Source of the DNA: Candidatus Altimarinota bacterium
GTDB lineage: Bacteria > Patescibacteriota > Gracilibacteria > CAIRYL01 > GCA-016699755
Assembly (NCBI GenBank): GCA_963664295.1
Contig: OY760935.1
Location: 928,001-992,000, forward strand
Length of the DNA: 64,000 nt
Reading direction: 5' to 3'
Below are positions 1 to 9,224 of the stretch, piece by piece. The first letter of the stretch is position 1. Every line of letters starts with the position of its first letter. The position numbers were made by a program, and so were the translations under genes. The notes beneath the pieces are model-generated. The model had not been told where the DNA came from, did no database searches, and worked only from the letters and a program-made list of their open reading frames with translations.

Positions 1-1
1 C

Positions 2-283
2 ATCAAGACTAGCAAGCACATCATCTTTTTTTACAATTTGACCAACCTCTACAGGAATTTCAGCAACTTTTCCTGAATGTTGAAACTGTAATTCTATTTT
101 TTTCTCTGATTCTACTGTGCCATTCACAGAAATAATCTTTTCTACTTTTCCATATTCCACAAAAGCTGTAATGTATTCTGTTTTTTCCTCTTTATCATTA
201 AAAAAATACCAAAGACCACCAACTAAGGCGATAATGAGTATAATTTTCCAACTAAAAATTATCTTTCTAAGTTTAATTTTCAT
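2..283 (-). CDS. Efflux RND/HlyD-family periplasmic adaptor subunit, N-terminal part (runs off window edge)
   Basis: Manual translation from ATG at 283: MKIKLRKIIFSWKIILIIALVGGLWYFF...SVNGTVESEKKIELQFQHSGKVAEIPVEVGQIVKKDDVLASLD (N-terminal TM plus lipoyl-like half motif). Confidence 0.75.
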   Translation of the reverse strand, partial: MKIKLRKIIFSWKIILIIALVGGLWYFFNDKEEKTEYITAFVEYGKVEKIISVNGTVESEKKIELQFQHSGKVAEIPVEVGQIVKKDDVLASLD

Positions 284-335
284 TTTTATTTTATTTATTC
301 TTAATATAATACCATTTTATATACAAAAAAACAAC

Positions 336-359
336 AAAAAAGCGCTAACAATAGCGCTT
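336..359 (-). terminator. Putative intrinsic terminator hairpin
   Basis: AGCGCTA-acaa-TAGCGCT stem with an A-run on the left (U-tail on the minus strand), downstream of ORF 387..797. Confidence 0.55.
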
Positions 360-386
360 CTTAATAGTTCTGTTTATCAACTAATT

Positions 387-797
387 TTATTCTTCCATAA
401 CTCCCGCCAAAGCTTCACCGGTTTCACCAACAACATCTTCCACAGGCTCATTGGGTGGTTGAATATATTTTTCGCACATTAGCCCCAGCAAACCTTGAAG
501 GAATTTGCTCATATTGTGATGGTGACTATAAAATGGCATTTCACCTATAATAGCAATAAGCTCTTCATGTCCCAAAACAGGCAACAATTCCAAGGCTTTT
601 TGTATAATTTTCTCTTCAGCATCATTCATAATCCTTTCAGCCTCAGCATTAGCTTCTTTAAACTCATCACCAGACTTACCTTGTGTAAGACGATTTGCCT
701 CTAGCCTTCTTGCTAGCTGGTCTTCAATAAAATTTTCAAAAGATTCTGCGGTAATTTTTTCAGAGCTTTCTTTTGCCTTATTCATGTCTTTTTTCAA
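387..797 (-). CDS. Hypothetical helical protein
   Basis: 136-aa ORF, no recognised motif. Confidence 0.6.
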   Translation of the reverse strand: MKKDMNKAKESSEKITAESFENFIEDQLARRLEANRLTQGKSGDEFKEANAEAERIMNDAEEKIIQKALELLPVLGHEELIAIIGEMPFYSHHHNMSKFLQGLLGLMCEKYIQPPNEPVEDVVGETGEALAGVMEE

Positions 798-829
798 AAA
801 ACTAATTTATTTATATTATAAATAAAATT

Positions 830-1135
830 TTATTTTTTGTCAAACTTTAAAATTTCTACAATTTCTTTATTGGGCATTTCTTTGAACTCAACTCCTTTTT
901 GATTTAATGCTGATTGCATTTTTTCTCCTATTTTGCCAGCAATAAATAAATCAACTTGCTTTTCAGCAAACATATAAGCAACGGAAAAACCCGCACCTCC
1001 GCCATGCAAAAAAGGATTTTTAATAACCTCCAATAATTCACCATTTTCAAAAATAAGATAATATGGTGACCTGCCTGCATTTTCCGCAATCTCAGAATTG
1101 ATTGTTTTATTTTTTGTTGCTATTGCTATTTTCAT
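830..1135 (-). CDS. NifB/NifX-family (dinitrogenase FeMo-cofactor-binding-like) protein
   Basis: MKIAIA...GRSPYYLIF...NP...GGAG...VDLFIAGKIG pattern. Confidence 0.8.
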   Translation of the reverse strand: MKIAIATKNKTINSEIAENAGRSPYYLIFENGELLEVIKNPFLHGGGAGFSVAYMFAEKQVDLFIAGKIGEKMQSALNQKGVEFKEMPNKEIVEILKFDKK

Positions 1136-1637
1136 TATTTAATAATTTATTGATTAAAAAACCTTGTATTATTGAAGCAAAAATCATTACCAAACACAAA
1201 ATTAAAACATATTTACCACCAAAATAAAAAATTGCTACTGGCAAAATAGGCAATTTAATTGCTCTATTGTACAAAAAACAAGCAATTAAACCATTATTTA
1301 GCCCCTTTTTTCTTAAATCAGCCAAAAGCGGATACCACATATATATTGGACCTGTAGACAATATGCCTCCAGTTATTGCAAATAACCACTTTTTCAGTCC
1401 TTTTCCCTGAAAATGAGTAATTAAAAATTGCGGACTTATAAAATAATTAACAAAAATCATTAAGACAAAGACTAAAATAAAACTAGGAATTATTTTAATT
1501 AAAATTTCCAAAAAAAGACTTGAGCTAGTGAAAAATACCTCTTGTTTAAAAATAAAAAACAAAAAATAAGCCAATAAAACAGTAAATAAAAAATAAAAGC
1601 CAAATGATAATTTTTTTAATTTTTCTTTTATGTCCAT
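1107..1637 (-). CDS. Permease (DUF318/ArsP-like), second small subunit
   Basis: Hydrophobic ORF with GILSTGPIYMWYPLLADLRKKG; likely start is MDIKEKL at 1637. Confidence 0.7.
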   Translation of the reverse strand: MDIKEKLKKLSFGFYFLFTVLLAYFLFFIFKQEVFFTSSSLFLEILIKIIPSFILVFVLMIFVNYFISPQFLITHFQGKGLKKWLFAITGGILSTGPIYMWYPLLADLRKKGLNNGLIACFLYNRAIKLPILPVAIFYFGGKYVLILCLVMIFASIIQGFLINKLLNNENSNSNKK

Positions 1638-2038
1638 TGCAAGATTAAAATAGTAATTATGGCTACTATAATAGAAAGAAAAAAAGCAGTAATATTTCTT
1701 AGAATGGCAAATTTTTTCTTTAAAATTAAAATTTCTGCTGGCAATTGAACAAAGCCAACGGTCACCCAAGAGACCAAAAAAGCAGTCACTACCAAGAGAC
1801 TAACACCTTGCTCCCTAAGTTCACCACCTATAACATAACTGGTAATCGGATTGCCCGCTGCAATACTGCCAACAAAACCACCCACAAAAGAATCTAAAAA
1901 AATATTACCACTAAATAATTCCGCATAAATTGATTTCGGAATTAAGCTATACAGCAGGCTTAAAAGTAAAATTGTTCCCAAAATAATAGGAAGTGTGCTC
2001 CACATGGCTTTTGCTGATTTTAAAATAGCTTGTTTCAT
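1628..2038 (-). CDS. Permease (DUF318/ArsP-like), first small subunit
   Basis: GSIAAGNPITSYVIGGEL...GVSL...AFLVSWVTVG motif, multiple TM segments. Confidence 0.7.
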   Translation of the reverse strand: MKQAILKSAKAMWSTLPIILGTILLLSLLYSLIPKSIYAELFSGNIFLDSFVGGFVGSIAAGNPITSYVIGGELREQGVSLLVVTAFLVSWVTVGFVQLPAEILILKKKFAILRNITAFFLSIIVAIITILILQWT

Positions 2039-2050
2039 GCTTAATTCCTA

Positions 2051-3388
2051 TTACATTTTTGTCAATGCGGACTGAGCCGCACTTATCAAAGGATAAGTTG
2101 TAGGCGCAGAAGTTAAAAGAGGGTGAGAGGCAATTTGCAAAGTATCAAAATTATAGACAGTGGTCTCTTTTTGAATAGCCAAGGCTAAAATATTTACCAT
2201 TTCACCAACACTTTCAGGTCCTATAATTTGTCCGCCCAATAATTTGCCAGAATTACGCTCAAAAATAAGCTTTGTTTTAATTTTTTGAGTATTGGGCAAA
2301 TGACCAGGGTGATGATTAGGCGCTTCTGCTTCGCCAACAACTAGATCATACCCCTCAGCCTGACAAGTTTCTTTGCTTAAGCCAGCAATACCAATAGCTA
2401 AATTGCCAATAAAAGTCGAAAAGCTTGCTAATGTACCCTTGTTTTTAAGTAAATTTTCTCTCTTATATAAATTGGCTGCTGCTATCCTTGCTTCGTGACA
2501 AGCTGTAGAAGCCAACATAATAGGGATATTTTTTTGAGTCACCAGGCAAGTTGTTTCCGAGCAATCACCTACAGCAAAAACATCTTTTAGGCTAGTCTCC
2601 ATGTATTCATTAACTTTTATTCCATTATAATTACCTAATTCTACGCCAGCTTCTTTTGCTAAGTCTGTATTTGGTATTGCCCCAATTGACAAAATAACCA
2701 AATCAGCAGGAATTTTTTTATTTTTAATTTTTACAAACTCAATCTTGTCATTCCCACCAATTTCTTCCACCTCAGTATTCGTGTAAATTTCTACACCTTT
2801 GCTTTTGAGTTCCTCTGCAATAGGCAAAGCAAAATCTTCATCAAAAGTTCTGCTTAAACAATAATCAGATCTTTCCACAACACTAACCCTCAAGCCTTTA
2901 ATACTACTTAATTCTTCTGCAAATTCTACCCCAATAAAACCCCCGCCAATAATAACAATATTTTTTGATGCCAAAACCGCCTCTCGCAATTGCCTTAAAT
3001 AATCAAAATCTTTTTCAATATGCCATACACCATTTTTTTCAGCGCCTTTAATAGGTGCTATTGTTGACTTAGCGCCTGTTGCTAAAATTAATTTTTCATA
3101 AGCTATTTCTTCGCCATTGTCCAAAGAAACACTTTTTTTAGATGGATTAATTTTTATTGCTTTATTGATCAAAGAGTGAATATTATTTGCATCTAAAGAC
3201 CCATAAGGCATTACATTTTTTTCCACAGAGTCCAAGCGGTGAAAAACATAAGGAATACCACAAGGTATAACTCCTTTTTGTTTTTCTCTAATTAAAGTTA
3301 TTTTTTTGTTTAAATTATTTTTCCTAGCAGTGAGACCAGCAATAATTCCAGCTGGACCACCACCAATAATCAAAATGTCTGTTTTCAT
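2051..3388 (-). CDS. FAD-dependent pyridine nucleotide-disulfide oxidoreductase (NADH oxidase/CoA-disulfide reductase family)
   Basis: GGGPAG FAD motif, single active Cys (PCGIPY), GGGFIGVE NAD motif, AVGDC, C-terminal dimerisation domain. Confidence 0.9.
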   Translation of the reverse strand: MKTDILIIGGGPAGIIAGLTARKNNLNKKITLIREKQKGVIPCGIPYVFHRLDSVEKNVMPYGSLDANNIHSLINKAIKINPSKKSVSLDNGEEIAYEKLILATGAKSTIAPIKGAEKNGVWHIEKDFDYLRQLREAVLASKNIVIIGGGFIGVEFAEELSSIKGLRVSVVERSDYCLSRTFDEDFALPIAEELKSKGVEIYTNTEVEEIGGNDKIEFVKIKNKKIPADLVILSIGAIPNTDLAKEAGVELGNYNGIKVNEYMETSLKDVFAVGDCSETTCLVTQKNIPIMLASTACHEARIAAANLYKRENLLKNKGTLASFSTFIGNLAIGIAGLSKETCQAEGYDLVVGEAEAPNHHPGHLPNTQKIKTKLIFERNSGKLLGGQIIGPESVGEMVNILALAIQKETTVYNFDTLQIASHPLLTSAPTTYPLISAAQSALTKM

Positions 3389-3484
3389 AATATTTTATTT
3401 TATTTTAGAACATTTCGAATAATATACCCTTTATGGGAATTAGACAAAAAAACAACTTATTTATTAAGTTCTAAATACAAAAAA

Positions 3485-3511
3485 CTCATGTCTCGCTTTG
3501 CTCAACATGAG
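3485..3511 (-). terminator. Hairpin/terminator downstream of tRNA-Asn
   Basis: CTCATGT...ACATGAG inverted repeat followed by a T-run on the minus strand. Confidence 0.6.
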
Positions 3512-3521
3512 AACATTTTAT

Positions 3522-3596
3522 TGGCTCCTCGAGCTGGATTCGAACCAGCGACCTACCGGTTAACAGCCGGTTGCTCTACCGCTGAGCTATCGAGGA
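3522..3596 (-). tRNA. tRNA-Asn(GTT)
   Basis: Reverse complement TCCTCGATAGCTCAGCGGTAGAGCAACCGGCTGTTAACCGGTAGGTCGCTGGTTCGAATCCAGCTCGAGGAGCCA: cloverleaf, GTT anticodon, encoded CCA. Confidence 0.97.
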
Positions 3597-4757
3597 TTAT
3601 TCAATTTTTTCAAGAACAAAAATCTCTCTTCCTACATACTGATCCTTCCTGCGAAAGAGTAAGCTCCCTCTCTCTGTTGCGCCTGAAAAATCCGTTCTAT
3701 TTTTCCAGAATTTATTAAGAATATCAAGAGCATTTTCTAAAAAATACAATCTTCCGTGCTTACCTTGCCAAAAAGGTAAAGCAATTACTGCTTTTTTGCC
3801 TGTAAAATTCTTATGAAAAACACTTAAAAAATTCTCCAAAATAAATTCTGTGTCTTGTTTTGCCTTTGCTAAATCGCTTTCTGTTAATGGTCCATGAAAA
3901 ATAGGACCCAAATATGTTTCGGCGCAAACCGCTTCTGCTTGCACTTTTTTGTCCAAAGCCTTGCTAGCATCTGCTGGAAAAATATTAAACTCTTCCTGTG
4001 GATAAAAATATTCCAAATTTTTTAATGAAGCCTCAATCATTTTGTCTTCAATATCACTACCTATTGGTTTTGTGCCCATTCTCTGCGCTTCTACTAATAT
4101 TGTGCCTGTGCCACAAAATGGATCCCAGATTTTTTTGGGTAATTTTCCTTTTTCTGCTGTTAAATTCAATAAGATCATGGCTAATTTTGGTGGCAACATG
4201 CCAACTTTCATGTCTCTTGCTGGTTTTTTAAAGTCTCTTTTGGCAAGCTCTTCTACATTTTGTGTTGCGACTGTCTCGCCTACAAAATATTGCTCTCCTT
4301 TGCGAATTATTATTATTTCTGAACCTTTTTTTGCTAACAACTCTTCTTTGTGTAATGTACCTGCATCTAGATTTTTGAAATTTCTATTTATAAAACGCGT
4401 GGATAATTTTTTTAATTTCAAACTTTTCTTAACTTCATTCAAAATTTTTCTATTTTCATTAAAAGAAAAACAGCTTATTCCAAAAATAATTCTTTGATTT
4501 GAGTATTTTTTTGTTAAAAATGTACTTATTTTTGTAATTAAATTGTCATAAGACTTTGTTGTAAACAAAAGCTCTGCTATGCGGATTGATCCACCTAATC
4601 TATCTATAAATTCTTGTGGTTTTTTCTCTTCTGCGTGTTCATATATAAAAAATGATTGTGAAATTACTTCTTTTTTTTGAAAATTTGCTAAAATGTTTTC
4701 TAGCTCTGCTTGAGAAAGAAATGGGTGATTTCCAAATTGATAAATATATTTTTTCAC
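3597..4757 (-). CDS. THUMP/Trm11-like SAM-dependent RNA methyltransferase
   Basis: GMLPPKLA and WDPFCGTGT motif I, GSDI; probable GTG start at 4757. Confidence 0.75.
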   Translation of the reverse strand: MKKYIYQFGNHPFLSQAELENILANFQKKEVISQSFFIYEHAEEKKPQEFIDRLGGSIRIAELLFTTKSYDNLITKISTFLTKKYSNQRIIFGISCFSFNENRKILNEVKKSLKLKKLSTRFINRNFKNLDAGTLHKEELLAKKGSEIIIIRKGEQYFVGETVATQNVEELAKRDFKKPARDMKVGMLPPKLAMILLNLTAEKGKLPKKIWDPFCGTGTILVEAQRMGTKPIGSDIEDKMIEASLKNLEYFYPQEEFNIFPADASKALDKKVQAEAVCAETYLGPIFHGPLTESDLAKAKQDTEFILENFLSVFHKNFTGKKAVIALPFWQGKHGRLYFLENALDILNKFWKNRTDFSGATERGSLLFRRKDQYVGREIFVLEKIE

Positions 4758-4760
4758 TTT

Positions 4761-5237
4761 TTGAAAAAGAAAATTAAAATCGACTGGCAAAAAATTTTTT
4801 TCTTTAGCTCACTTGTAATTAGTTTTGCTTTGGGCATTTTTGCAGGCATTACTATAGAACAATTTGACAAAATTGAAAATAGACAGCCTATAGAAATAGT
4901 GCCACAAAATCATGAAAAAATCCCGTTAATTAATTTTCTTAAAATAGAAAATGGGGTTATGTATGGCAAAACCGGTGAAAAAGAGGTGCGTTTTATTGTT
5001 GGTGAAGACAGTATTTTTGGCAGTAATGGTGGCGAATTTCAGTTTCCTGTTGATGAAATTTTGCCAATGTTAAAATCCCTGCCTGCTCCTGATGATATGC
5101 AATTTGTGGCCTCTAAAAGAGGCAAAAGATATTGGCCACTTGATGCTCCGCAGGCTTTTTTACTAGCTCCACAAAATAGAATATTTTTCAAAACTCCTGA
5201 AGAAGCTGAGGAGCAAGGATATAAAAAAGGTGAATAA
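4761..5237 (+). CDS. Membrane-anchored hypothetical protein with Ada-metal-binding-like C-terminus
   Basis: N-terminal TM; C-terminal FVASKRGKRYW...NRIFFKTPEEAEEQGY; probable TTG start at 4761. Confidence 0.6.
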   Translation: MKKKIKIDWQKIFFFSSLVISFALGIFAGITIEQFDKIENRQPIEIVPQNHEKIPLINFLKIENGVMYGKTGEKEVRFIVGEDSIFGSNGGEFQFPVDEILPMLKSLPAPDDMQFVASKRGKRYWPLDAPQAFLLAPQNRIFFKTPEEAEEQGYKKGE

Positions 5238-5301
5238 AAACTATTGACAAAAAATAAGTTTTATTTTATTTTATGGTACTTTTTGTTTTATTAAATAAAA
5301 A

Positions 5302-7464
5302 ATGGCTAAATTGGAAAGAAAGATGGGATTTGCGGAAAAGGGTGAAGAATACATACGGCGTCTTGAGAGCACTAATTTTAAAAACCCCAATATTATTGGG
5401 GCATTAAAAACAAAAATTAACGATCCTCTTGAGCCACGCAATACAGATGGCTCTTTACAATATCCTGATCAAATAGCACCAGGCACTTTTTTACACTTTT
5501 TAAGTGAATTACAAAAAAATTTAAAATATCTGGGCTTTGATCAGCCTCATGAAAGACAGAACATCATTACATTTTTTATAAAATTAAGAACTGATATTGA
5601 AAATGGTGTAGCAATTGATGGTGCAAGACTAAAAAGAGCTCTAGATCTTGGCCTTCATCATTTCAAAGGCATAAATCTTTCAGGTGTCACAGTAGGATCA
5701 AGACTGGAGGGTGTTGACATGCGTAATGCTGTCATTAGGAATAGTCAAATAAACGCTGGTATTCATACCAGCAATTTAAGAGGGTCAAAAATAGAAGAAG
5801 GTACTACAATTAGAGGCTCTATTGATCATACACCGATAGGCTCAGTGAATGATGTGACGATAGAGGGCAATTTAATTGGTAGCAGTATTAAATCTGTACA
5901 AAATTTAACTGCTAAAAAAATACAAAATTGTGTAATTAAAGCTGGAAAAAATATAACTGCTACAAAAATAATAAATAACCGCACTGGCACATTAAATAAT
6001 GTTAAATGTGATTTACTCAAAGGAAACGCCACAACTGGTAACTTGCAAAATATTACAGCAACAGAAAACATAGAAGGCAATACAGTAACGCCTGTACAGC
6101 GAGGTGATGTTTTAATGGGCGGTTTCATCAACAGAGCAACAGCAAAAAATATTCAAGGTAATGCTACGCGAGGCATTAAGCAATCCACAGCAGATAAAAT
6201 AACTGGCAATACAGGCGTAGAGGAAGTTAGTGGCTGTAAAGCTGAAGAAATTAGTGGGCATACTGGCAAAAAACTTGTCATCAAGGGTAATACAACAAAA
6301 AAAATATCTAATAATCAGTGTCATACAATATCTAATAATTTTGCACAGGAAATGAGTGATAATGTGGCACTAAGAATTTCCGGCAATGTTGTTTTAGAAA
6401 AATATCTAGAAATTGCCAAAAAGGCTAAAGAGTTAGATGAACCATTTTTAGAATTTTTGCACAATTTATTACTTGCAAATGGGACTGTTGCTTTTGTCGA
6501 CAAAAAAGCTTTAATCGATATGCTTAAGGATGTTGATAAAAATCGAGAAGCCCTAGAAAAATTGTCAAATATGGACAATGTGATTAGATTTATATTTGAT
6601 TTTGCACTCATAGCAATCAATATGAGCATGAAAAATGCTATATCAAGAGCAGAATTTATTGAGGAGGAAGAAATTAAATGCGTAGTTAGACTTTCTGAGT
6701 TAGAAGAAGAAATAAGCTCATTAAAAAAAGAAATAGAAAAAACAGAGGAAGACAGCGCAGAATATCAAGAACTAACAGGCTTAATAACAAAAAAAACCCA
6801 AGAAGAAGGGGGCGTAAAAGGTCTTATTTATGAAACCTTGCCAAAGAAAAAGGCTAATAACGAAACAGCGCAGGCACGGCTCCAAGGGGAGCTTGATGAA
6901 ATTAAGATATTATCTGATTTATTTAAAAAGCCTGACCTCTTGTCTATGCCAGATATTGCAGAATGGCTAAAAAAATCAAACTATATGCCTAGCGCAATAA
7001 TGATTGTTGACAAAATTCCTGATGATAAAGATCTTTATGATATAGATGAAATTAGAGAACAAATTCTAGGCATTGATGCTGAGGGAGAAAAAATTGACCC
7101 AGAAACAAAACTCGGAAACTTTAAGGGCAACAAGGCAATAGAAATTCAAAGAAATGTACTAGGTGATGTTGGCAATGTTAAAGCTCGTTCTATTAAAGAA
7201 AACATTGTCACTGGTAGTTTTCAAAACATTCATGCTCAAAAAATAGACAGCAATGTTGTTCCTGAAATACGCGATTGCATAGCAAGCTTGTTTACAAACA
7301 ATAGACATCTAGATTTTGCACTTAGCGACCTAAGACCAGAAGATATTAGTGGCAACAAAACAGTAGACGGAAAAGATGATGATGTTCTTAACATCATTGT
7401 TCCTGGTTATTCTGAAATGACTCCAGAAGAAAAAGCTTATTTATTGGAACAATTTAATTCTTAA
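5302..7464 (+). CDS. Hypothetical beta-solenoid repeat protein with central coiled-coil insertion
   Basis: Pentapeptide-like stretch, many I.GN/I.NN repeats, E/K-rich heptad region, repeats resume near the C-terminus. Confidence 0.6.
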   Translation: MAKLERKMGFAEKGEEYIRRLESTNFKNPNIIGALKTKINDPLEPRNTDGSLQYPDQIAPGTFLHFLSELQKNLKYLGFDQPHERQNIITFFIKLRTDIENGVAIDGARLKRALDLGLHHFKGINLSGVTVGSRLEGVDMRNAVIRNSQINAGIHTSNLRGSKIEEGTTIRGSIDHTPIGSVNDVTIEGNLIGSSIKSVQNLTAKKIQNCVIKAGKNITATKIINNRTGTLNNVKCDLLKGNATTGNLQNITATENIEGNTVTPVQRGDVLMGGFINRATAKNIQGNATRGIKQSTADKITGNTGVEEVSGCKAEEISGHTGKKLVIKGNTTKKISNNQCHTISNNFAQEMSDNVALRISGNVVLEKYLEIAKKAKELDEPFLEFLHNLLLANGTVAFVDKKALIDMLKDVDKNREALEKLSNMDNVIRFIFDFALIAINMSMKNAISRAEFIEEEEIKCVVRLSELEEEISSLKKEIEKTEEDSAEYQELTGLITKKTQEEGGVKGLIYETLPKKKANNETAQARLQGELDEIKILSDLFKKPDLLSMPDIAEWLKKSNYMPSAIMIVDKIPDDKDLYDIDEIREQILGIDAEGEKIDPETKLGNFKGNKAIEIQRNVLGDVGNVKARSIKENIVTGSFQNIHAQKIDSNVVPEIRDCIASLFTNNRHLDFALSDLRPEDISGNKTVDGKDDDVLNIIVPGYSEMTPEEKAYLLEQFNS

Positions 7465-8480
7465 AATTGTTTTAAAAACCTTAAATCATTCTCAAAAAAT
7501 AAACGCAAATCATCAATCTGATACTTAACCATAATAATTCTTTCAATCCCACAACCAAAAGCAAAACCACACCATTCTTTTGGATCAAGTCCTGCGTTTT
7601 TAAGTACATTTGGATGAACCATGCCAGCACCTGCTATTTCTAAATAACCAGTTGCCTTACAAACCTTACAGCCCTCTTCGCCTCCCTTGCATTGTACACA
7701 AGTGGCATCAACTTCGATTGACGGCTCTGTAAAAGGAAAAAAGCTCAAACGAAAACGCAAATCAACCTCACCGCCTAAAATTTCAGATAGTGCTGTTTTA
7801 AGAACCCATTTTAAATTTGCCAAAGAAACATTTTTATCCACCATCAAACCTTCAAATTGATGAAACATTGGCGAATGAGTTGCGTCTGAGTCTTTTCTGA
7901 AAGTTTTTCCTGGAGCAATAATTCTTAAAGGTGGTTTATTGTTTTCCATGTATCTAATTTGCATGTTAGAAGTTTGTGTTCTAAGCACATGCTCATCAAG
8001 ATTTTTAAGCCAAAAGGTGTCTTGCATTTCCCTTGCTGGATGATCCGGCGGAACATTAAGAGCAGTAAAATTGTGCCATTCATCATCAATTTCTGGACCA
8101 TAAACAGAGGTAAAACCCAAACGCCCAAAAACACTTTCGATATTGCGTATCATTGCAGAAACAGGGTGTAATCTACCTCTGGAAACTGCCTTAGATGGCG
8201 CAGTAATATCAAAAAAACTACCTTCTCCTTTTTCAGCAGTGTCTAATTCTTCATATTTATCAAAAATCTTTGCTTCAAGATTTTTACGCAATTTATTACC
8301 TTCAGAACCAACAATGCGCTTATCTTCTGGTGATAGGTTAGGAATTTCACGCAATAACAAAGGCAATTGACCTTTTCTGCCTAAAAATTTAATTTCTACT
8401 TCGCGTAGATCGTCTTTGGTTTTGGCTTTTTTGATAGCGTCTTCTGCTTGTTTGCCAATTTCTAATATTTTTTCTTTCAT
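7461..8480 (-). CDS. pheS: Phenylalanine--tRNA ligase alpha subunit
   Basis: HPAREMQDTF, LRTQTS, DATHSPMFHQFEG, FPFTEPS, GFAFGCGIER motifs. Confidence 0.97.
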   Translation of the reverse strand: MKEKILEIGKQAEDAIKKAKTKDDLREVEIKFLGRKGQLPLLLREIPNLSPEDKRIVGSEGNKLRKNLEAKIFDKYEELDTAEKGEGSFFDITAPSKAVSRGRLHPVSAMIRNIESVFGRLGFTSVYGPEIDDEWHNFTALNVPPDHPAREMQDTFWLKNLDEHVLRTQTSNMQIRYMENNKPPLRIIAPGKTFRKDSDATHSPMFHQFEGLMVDKNVSLANLKWVLKTALSEILGGEVDLRFRLSFFPFTEPSIEVDATCVQCKGGEEGCKVCKATGYLEIAGAGMVHPNVLKNAGLDPKEWCGFAFGCGIERIIMVKYQIDDLRLFFENDLRFLKQF

Positions 8481-8525
8481 AAAAAAATTCTGGCTTATTT
8501 TGCGCTTTTTTGCAAGACTTTCAGC

Positions 8526-9224
8526 ATGAAATTATTTTTATCACAAGCTTGGCAAATCACAGATGAGCAATATAAAAAGCTGGAATTGCTAAATAAATTG
8601 TTTCAAGAGGAAAATAAAAAAATAAACCTCTCTGCTATTCGTGAAGAAAATCAAATTTGGGAAAAACATTTCTATGATTCACTTTTAGCTGCTGAGTTTT
8701 TTCAAAATTCACAAAAAATTATTGATCTTGGCTCTGGTGGAGGTTTTCCTTTGTTAATTTTGGCAATTATTTTTCCAGAAAAAAACTTTTTTGGACTTGA
8801 GTCAGTGGGCAAAAAATGTCTTGCTATGGAAAAATTTGCCAAAAAACTAAAACTTAAAAATGTAAAAATTATTTGCGATCGCGCAGAAAACATCGGACAA
8901 GACAAAAATTTTCGTGAACAATTTGACACCGTCACCGCAAGGGCTTTCACAGCTCATAATTCCTTATTAGAACTTGCACTTCCTTTATTAAAAATAGGCG
9001 GAAAAATAATTTCCTTCCGAGGACCAAATCACACAGAAGATGAAATAAAAATCACTCAAAAAATGGGCGCAAAAATTAAAAAAATGAGTAAAAAAAATCT
9101 TCCCTCAGGCGACAAAAGAGAATTTTGGATTATTGAAAAAACAAAAAAAACCGAAAAAAAATTCCCGCGAAAAATAGGCATTCCACAAAAAAAACCTTTA
9201 AAATTAAGCGACTTTAGGCCATAA
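8526..9224 (+). CDS. rsmG: 16S rRNA m7G527 methyltransferase
   Basis: INLSAIRE..KHFYDSL, DLGSGGGFP, RAE..G, TARAF. Confidence 0.92.
   Translation: MKLFLSQAWQITDEQYKKLELLNKLFQEENKKINLSAIREENQIWEKHFYDSLLAAEFFQNSQKIIDLGSGGGFPLLILAIIFPEKNFFGLESVGKKCLAMEKFAKKLKLKNVKIICDRAENIGQDKNFREQFDTVTARAFTAHNSLLELALPLLKIGGKIISFRGPNHTEDEIKITQKMGAKIKKMSKKNLPSGDKREFWIIEKTKKTEKKFPRKIGIPQKKPLKLSDFRP

Noticed and set aside
3488-3718. ORF 3488..3718 (also 62986..63198 and 63035..63256)
   Set aside because: Shadow ORFs over tRNA genes.
3997-4005. Isolated perfect DnaA box
   Set aside because: Single intragenic hit with no cluster or AT-rich unwinding region; compatible with chance.
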